From: an uncultured Bacteroidota bacterium | GTDB taxonomy: Bacteria > Bacteroidota > Bacteroidia > Bacteroidales > 4484-276 | Assembly: GCA_937950125.1 (NCBI GenBank) | Contig: CALFEP010000305.1 | Location: 978-64,977, forward strand | Direction of reading: 5' to 3' | DNA length: 64,000 nt | In this document: positions 61,679 through 64,000 of the stretch, one piece after another | How positions within the stretch are numbered: the stretch's first letter is position 1 | How the letters are laid out: every line of letters begins with the position of its first letter | The notes under the pieces: generated by a model | The model's database searches: none | What the model was told of the DNA's origin: nothing | What the model saw: the letters and a program-made list of their open reading frames with translations, nothing else | Program-made: the position numbers and the translations under genes

Positions 61679-62698
61679 ATGAGTAAAAAAGAGCTGCTGA
61701 AAGAAACCATTGAGCACATCAATATTGCCTCTTTCGATTCGACACCCATCATCGATTCGATGCGCAAAATGTCGTTCACTTCACGTGATACGGCCAGCGC
61801 CGCCGACATTCTGCAAAAGATGATCAATGACAAGGATTGCACCATCTGGCTCACCCTTGCCGGAAGCACCAGCGCAGGCGGTTGCATGCAGGTGTACGTT
61901 GACATGATAAAATACAACATGATCGATGCAGTGGTTGCTACGGGCGCCTCCATTGTTGACATGGATTTTTTTGAAGCGCTTGGATTCAAGCACTATCGAG
62001 GTACACCGTGGGTTGACGATAAACAATTGCGTTCGCAGTACATCGACCGGATTTACGACACGTTTATTGACGAAGAAGAATTGCAGGCGTGTGATGAAGC
62101 CACAAAAATTATTGCCGACGGCCTCGACCCTCGCCCGTATTCATCCCGCGAATTTATTCGCGAAATGGGGCGTTACCTTACCAAGCACGCCGTGAAAAAA
62201 GATTCGCTGGTTCAAACCGCCTTCGAACACAATGTTCCCATTTTCTGTCCTGCTTTTTCCGACAGCAGCGCCGGTTTTGGTCTGGTAAAACACCAGTGGG
62301 AGCGTCCCGAAAAGCATGTTTCGATCGATTCGGTAAAGGATTTCCTGGAACTTACAAAAATCAAAATGGCTGCTGGCGCCAGTGGTTTGTTTATGATAGG
62401 AGGGGGGGTGCCAAAGAATTTTGCACAGGACACTGTGGTTTGTGCTGAAATTCTGGGAAAAGATGTCCCAATGCACCAATACGCTGTTCAGATTACGGTG
62501 GCTGATGTTCGCGACGGCGCCTGTTCAAGTTCAACACTCAAGGAAGCCTCATCGTGGGGGAAGGTTGACACAGTTTACGAACAGATGGTTTACGCCGAAG
62601 CTACCTCTGTTCTTCCTTTGATTATCAGTTACGCTTACCACAAAGGCGACTGGAAAAACAGGAAAAAGTATGCGTGGGCTAAGTTGTTCGACAAATAA
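61679..62698 (+). CDS. Deoxyhypusine synthase family protein (DHS-like aminobutyl transferase)
   Basis: DHS-type motifs are 'LTLAGSTSAGG', 'VATGASIVD' and 'MIGGGVPKNF'. The start is moved from the TTG at 61673 to the ATG at 61679. Confidence 0.82.
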   Translation: MSKKELLKETIEHINIASFDSTPIIDSMRKMSFTSRDTASAADILQKMINDKDCTIWLTLAGSTSAGGCMQVYVDMIKYNMIDAVVATGASIVDMDFFEALGFKHYRGTPWVDDKQLRSQYIDRIYDTFIDEEELQACDEATKIIADGLDPRPYSSREFIREMGRYLTKHAVKKDSLVQTAFEHNVPIFCPAFSDSSAGFGLVKHQWERPEKHVSIDSVKDFLELTKIKMAAGASGLFMIGGGVPKNFAQDTVVCAEILGKDVPMHQYAVQITVADVRDGACSSSTLKEASSWGKVDTVYEQMVYAEATSVLPLIISYAYHKGDWKNRKKYAWAKLFDK

Positions 62699-62716
62699 AA
62701 ATAATCAATCATGAAA

Positions 62717-62755
62717 AAGGCTGCTAAACAATGTTTTGCAGCCTTTTCAATTTTA
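62717..62755 (+). terminator. Rho-independent terminator after the DHS-like gene
   Basis: AAGGCTGC (62717-62724) pairs with GCAGCCTT (62738-62745), followed by TTCAATTTT. Confidence 0.6.
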
Positions 62756-62904
62756 TAAATGCTGGTTTTTCTTTTTTAATCTGTCACCCAATTTTTCCAT
62801 TCCCAAAGTCTCATGATTTCAATTGCCTCAAATTTTCAATTTTCTCCTGCCAAGGCGGGATTTCGGCTAATGCCTCAACATTCCAATCTTCAACATTACA
62901 ACCC

Positions 62905-63507
62905 CTACTGAGCCGTTTTCACAATCTTCTCCATCGGAAGTGTGTCGAGCATTTGGGTAATTTCTGTTTCGCCTGAAATTCCTGATGAATTGAAGGTTAA
63001 CAGCGAAGAACCGAACGGGAGTTGCATTTGGTAAGAAACAATTCCCTGATCATCGGTGCTTTTGTTAAGCAGCGCTTTGTAACCGCCAATTTTTATGCGT
63101 TTCTGGTTTGGATCGCCAGTCATAAAAGTTGGAAGGGCAAGCAGCGCATTAATTCCAGAAACAAGCGGTGAATCGCTGATAATCTGCAGCGAGCCTGTGC
63201 AGTTTTCACCCGAATATTCACGGCTTACAAACAGCCCGGCGTAGCCTGCACTCATTCCGGTAGAGTTGTCGCTGGTTTCAACTTTTTTCATTTTTCCCAT
63301 TTCATCAGGCAAAAAACCAAGAATTTCTTCGCCAATGGCCTGATTTATTGCCTGCAAAGCCTGTTGAAGTGCAAATCGGGCATTTTCAAGGTCGCCTGAA
63401 CGGTAAGAGGCAGAGGCTTCATCCAGTTTTGATTTTACATCCTGAGCCTGTATTTGAATGCCGGAAAATAAGATTACCAGCAAAAATAGTGTCATTAATC
63501 TTTTCAT
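62905..63507 (-). CDS. Hypothetical secreted protein
   Basis: The signal peptide is 'MKRLMTLFLLVILFSGIQIQA|Q'. It is paralogous to the upstream partial gene. Its ATG overlaps that gene's TGA (ATGA). Confidence 0.55.
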   Translation of the reverse strand: MKRLMTLFLLVILFSGIQIQAQDVKSKLDEASASYRSGDLENARFALQQALQAINQAIGEEILGFLPDEMGKMKKVETSDNSTGMSAGYAGLFVSREYSGENCTGSLQIISDSPLVSGINALLALPTFMTGDPNQKRIKIGGYKALLNKSTDDQGIVSYQMQLPFGSSLLTFNSSGISGETEITQMLDTLPMEKIVKTAQ

Positions 63508-64000
63508 TGTTCGCCTAATTGTGTTTTAATTTTTTCGATATCAATATTTTCTGCTGCTTTCATCAGTTGGGTTTCGTTTTCGAAGTTCACCCCATCCATT
63601 ACCAGGATTGACGATTGGCCAAAAGGTACGCTAAGTGTATATCCTGAATATTCATCGTATTCAATTACAGCGCGATAACCTTTAAACTTAGTCTGCTTGT
63701 GATTTTGATCGGTAGTTGTTGCGTAAGTACCGGCAGTAAGATACAAACTGGCTGCTGATAAAAGTCCGGCATCATTGCCGATGGTTACCCTGAATTCCTG
63801 GTCATTTTTTTGATAAACCCTTTCGATGACCAGGCCCACAAAACCAATCCCTGTGCTTGTCACTTTATCCAGATCCTTTGCAAAATCAAGTCCTTCAATA
63901 CTTTCGGGAAGTCCTTTCAAAACTTCTTTTCCAATTTCGAGTTCTATTCCCAGGATTGCCTGTCTGACCGAAAAGCGTGCATCGCCGTACTTTTTATCGT
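63504..64000 (-). CDS. Hypothetical protein, paralog of 62905-63507; 5' end runs off the window
   Basis: The frame stays open to nt 64000 ('...YGDARFSVRQAILGIELEIGKEVLKGLPESIEGLDF...'). This aligns with 'SGDLENARFALQQALQAINQAIGEEILGFLPDEMGKM' of the neighbour. The ORF-track 'M' at 63920 is a TTG inside the gene. Confidence 0.55.
   Translation of the reverse strand, partial: DKKYGDARFSVRQAILGIELEIGKEVLKGLPESIEGLDFAKDLDKVTSTGIGFVGLVIERVYQKNDQEFRVTIGNDAGLLSAASLYLTAGTYATTTDQNHKQTKFKGYRAVIEYDEYSGYTLSVPFGQSSILVMDGVNFENETQLMKAAENIDIEKIKTQLGEQ

Noticed and set aside
62402-62408. G7 homopolymer as a second phase-variation candidate.
   Set aside because: It lies inside the DHS-like CDS and encodes the conserved 'IGGGVP' glycine motif (ATA GGA GGG GGG GTG CCA). 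The tract is explained by coding constraint.
1-64000. Genome-wide reassignment of TGA (code 25, TGA=Gly, or code 4, TGA=Trp) as the explanation for the two in-frame TGAs.
   Set aside because: TGA is the natural stop of at least seven genes here, at 2174, 8776, 45417, 49397, 51255, 57267 and 63504. These occur at expected family C-termini and are in several cases followed directly by terminator hairpins, for example glnA at 45417 and iorB at 49397. Long ORFs are not fragmented under the standard code.

Overview
This window looks like a Bacteroidota chromosome segment, about 42% GC. The phylum call rests on many T9SS type-A C-terminal sorting domains ('(F/Y)PNP...'), signal peptides followed by Gln, TAnnTTTG -7 promoter boxes, and almost no Shine-Dalgarno sites. 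I found no rRNA, tRNA, CRISPR array, transposase or integrase. Two long minus-strand blocks of secreted, highly modular proteins dominate the window. Block 1 (3.4-21.2 kb) is a beta-1,3-glucan (laminarin-type) degradation locus. It holds two GH16 genes, one GH81 gene and several large proteins assembled from a small set of recurring, unassigned beta-sandwich modules. No SusC/SusD pair is present in the window. Block 2 (27-45 kb) reads, in the transcription direction, as a propeller-type hybrid histidine kinase, two M14 carboxypeptidases, a BNR/Asp-box propeller protein and two paralogous unknowns. The rest is housekeeping: ispB-like, radical SAM, DPP-IV, glutamine synthetase, iorAB, M23 peptidase, a sigma-54 activator, nitroreductase, glutaminyl cyclase, a DUF2723 membrane protein and an agmatinase/deoxyhypusine-synthase-like pair. 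The most unusual observation is a 5.07-kb reading frame (8776-13842) broken only by two in-frame TGA codons, each sitting where a conserved Gly is expected inside a recognisable domain. Other points are undescribed recurring modules, a G9 tract upstream of an acyltransferase, and a palindromic 15-bp tandem array beside a gene remnant. All domain calls come from motif recognition by eye; no HMM or BLAST search was run.
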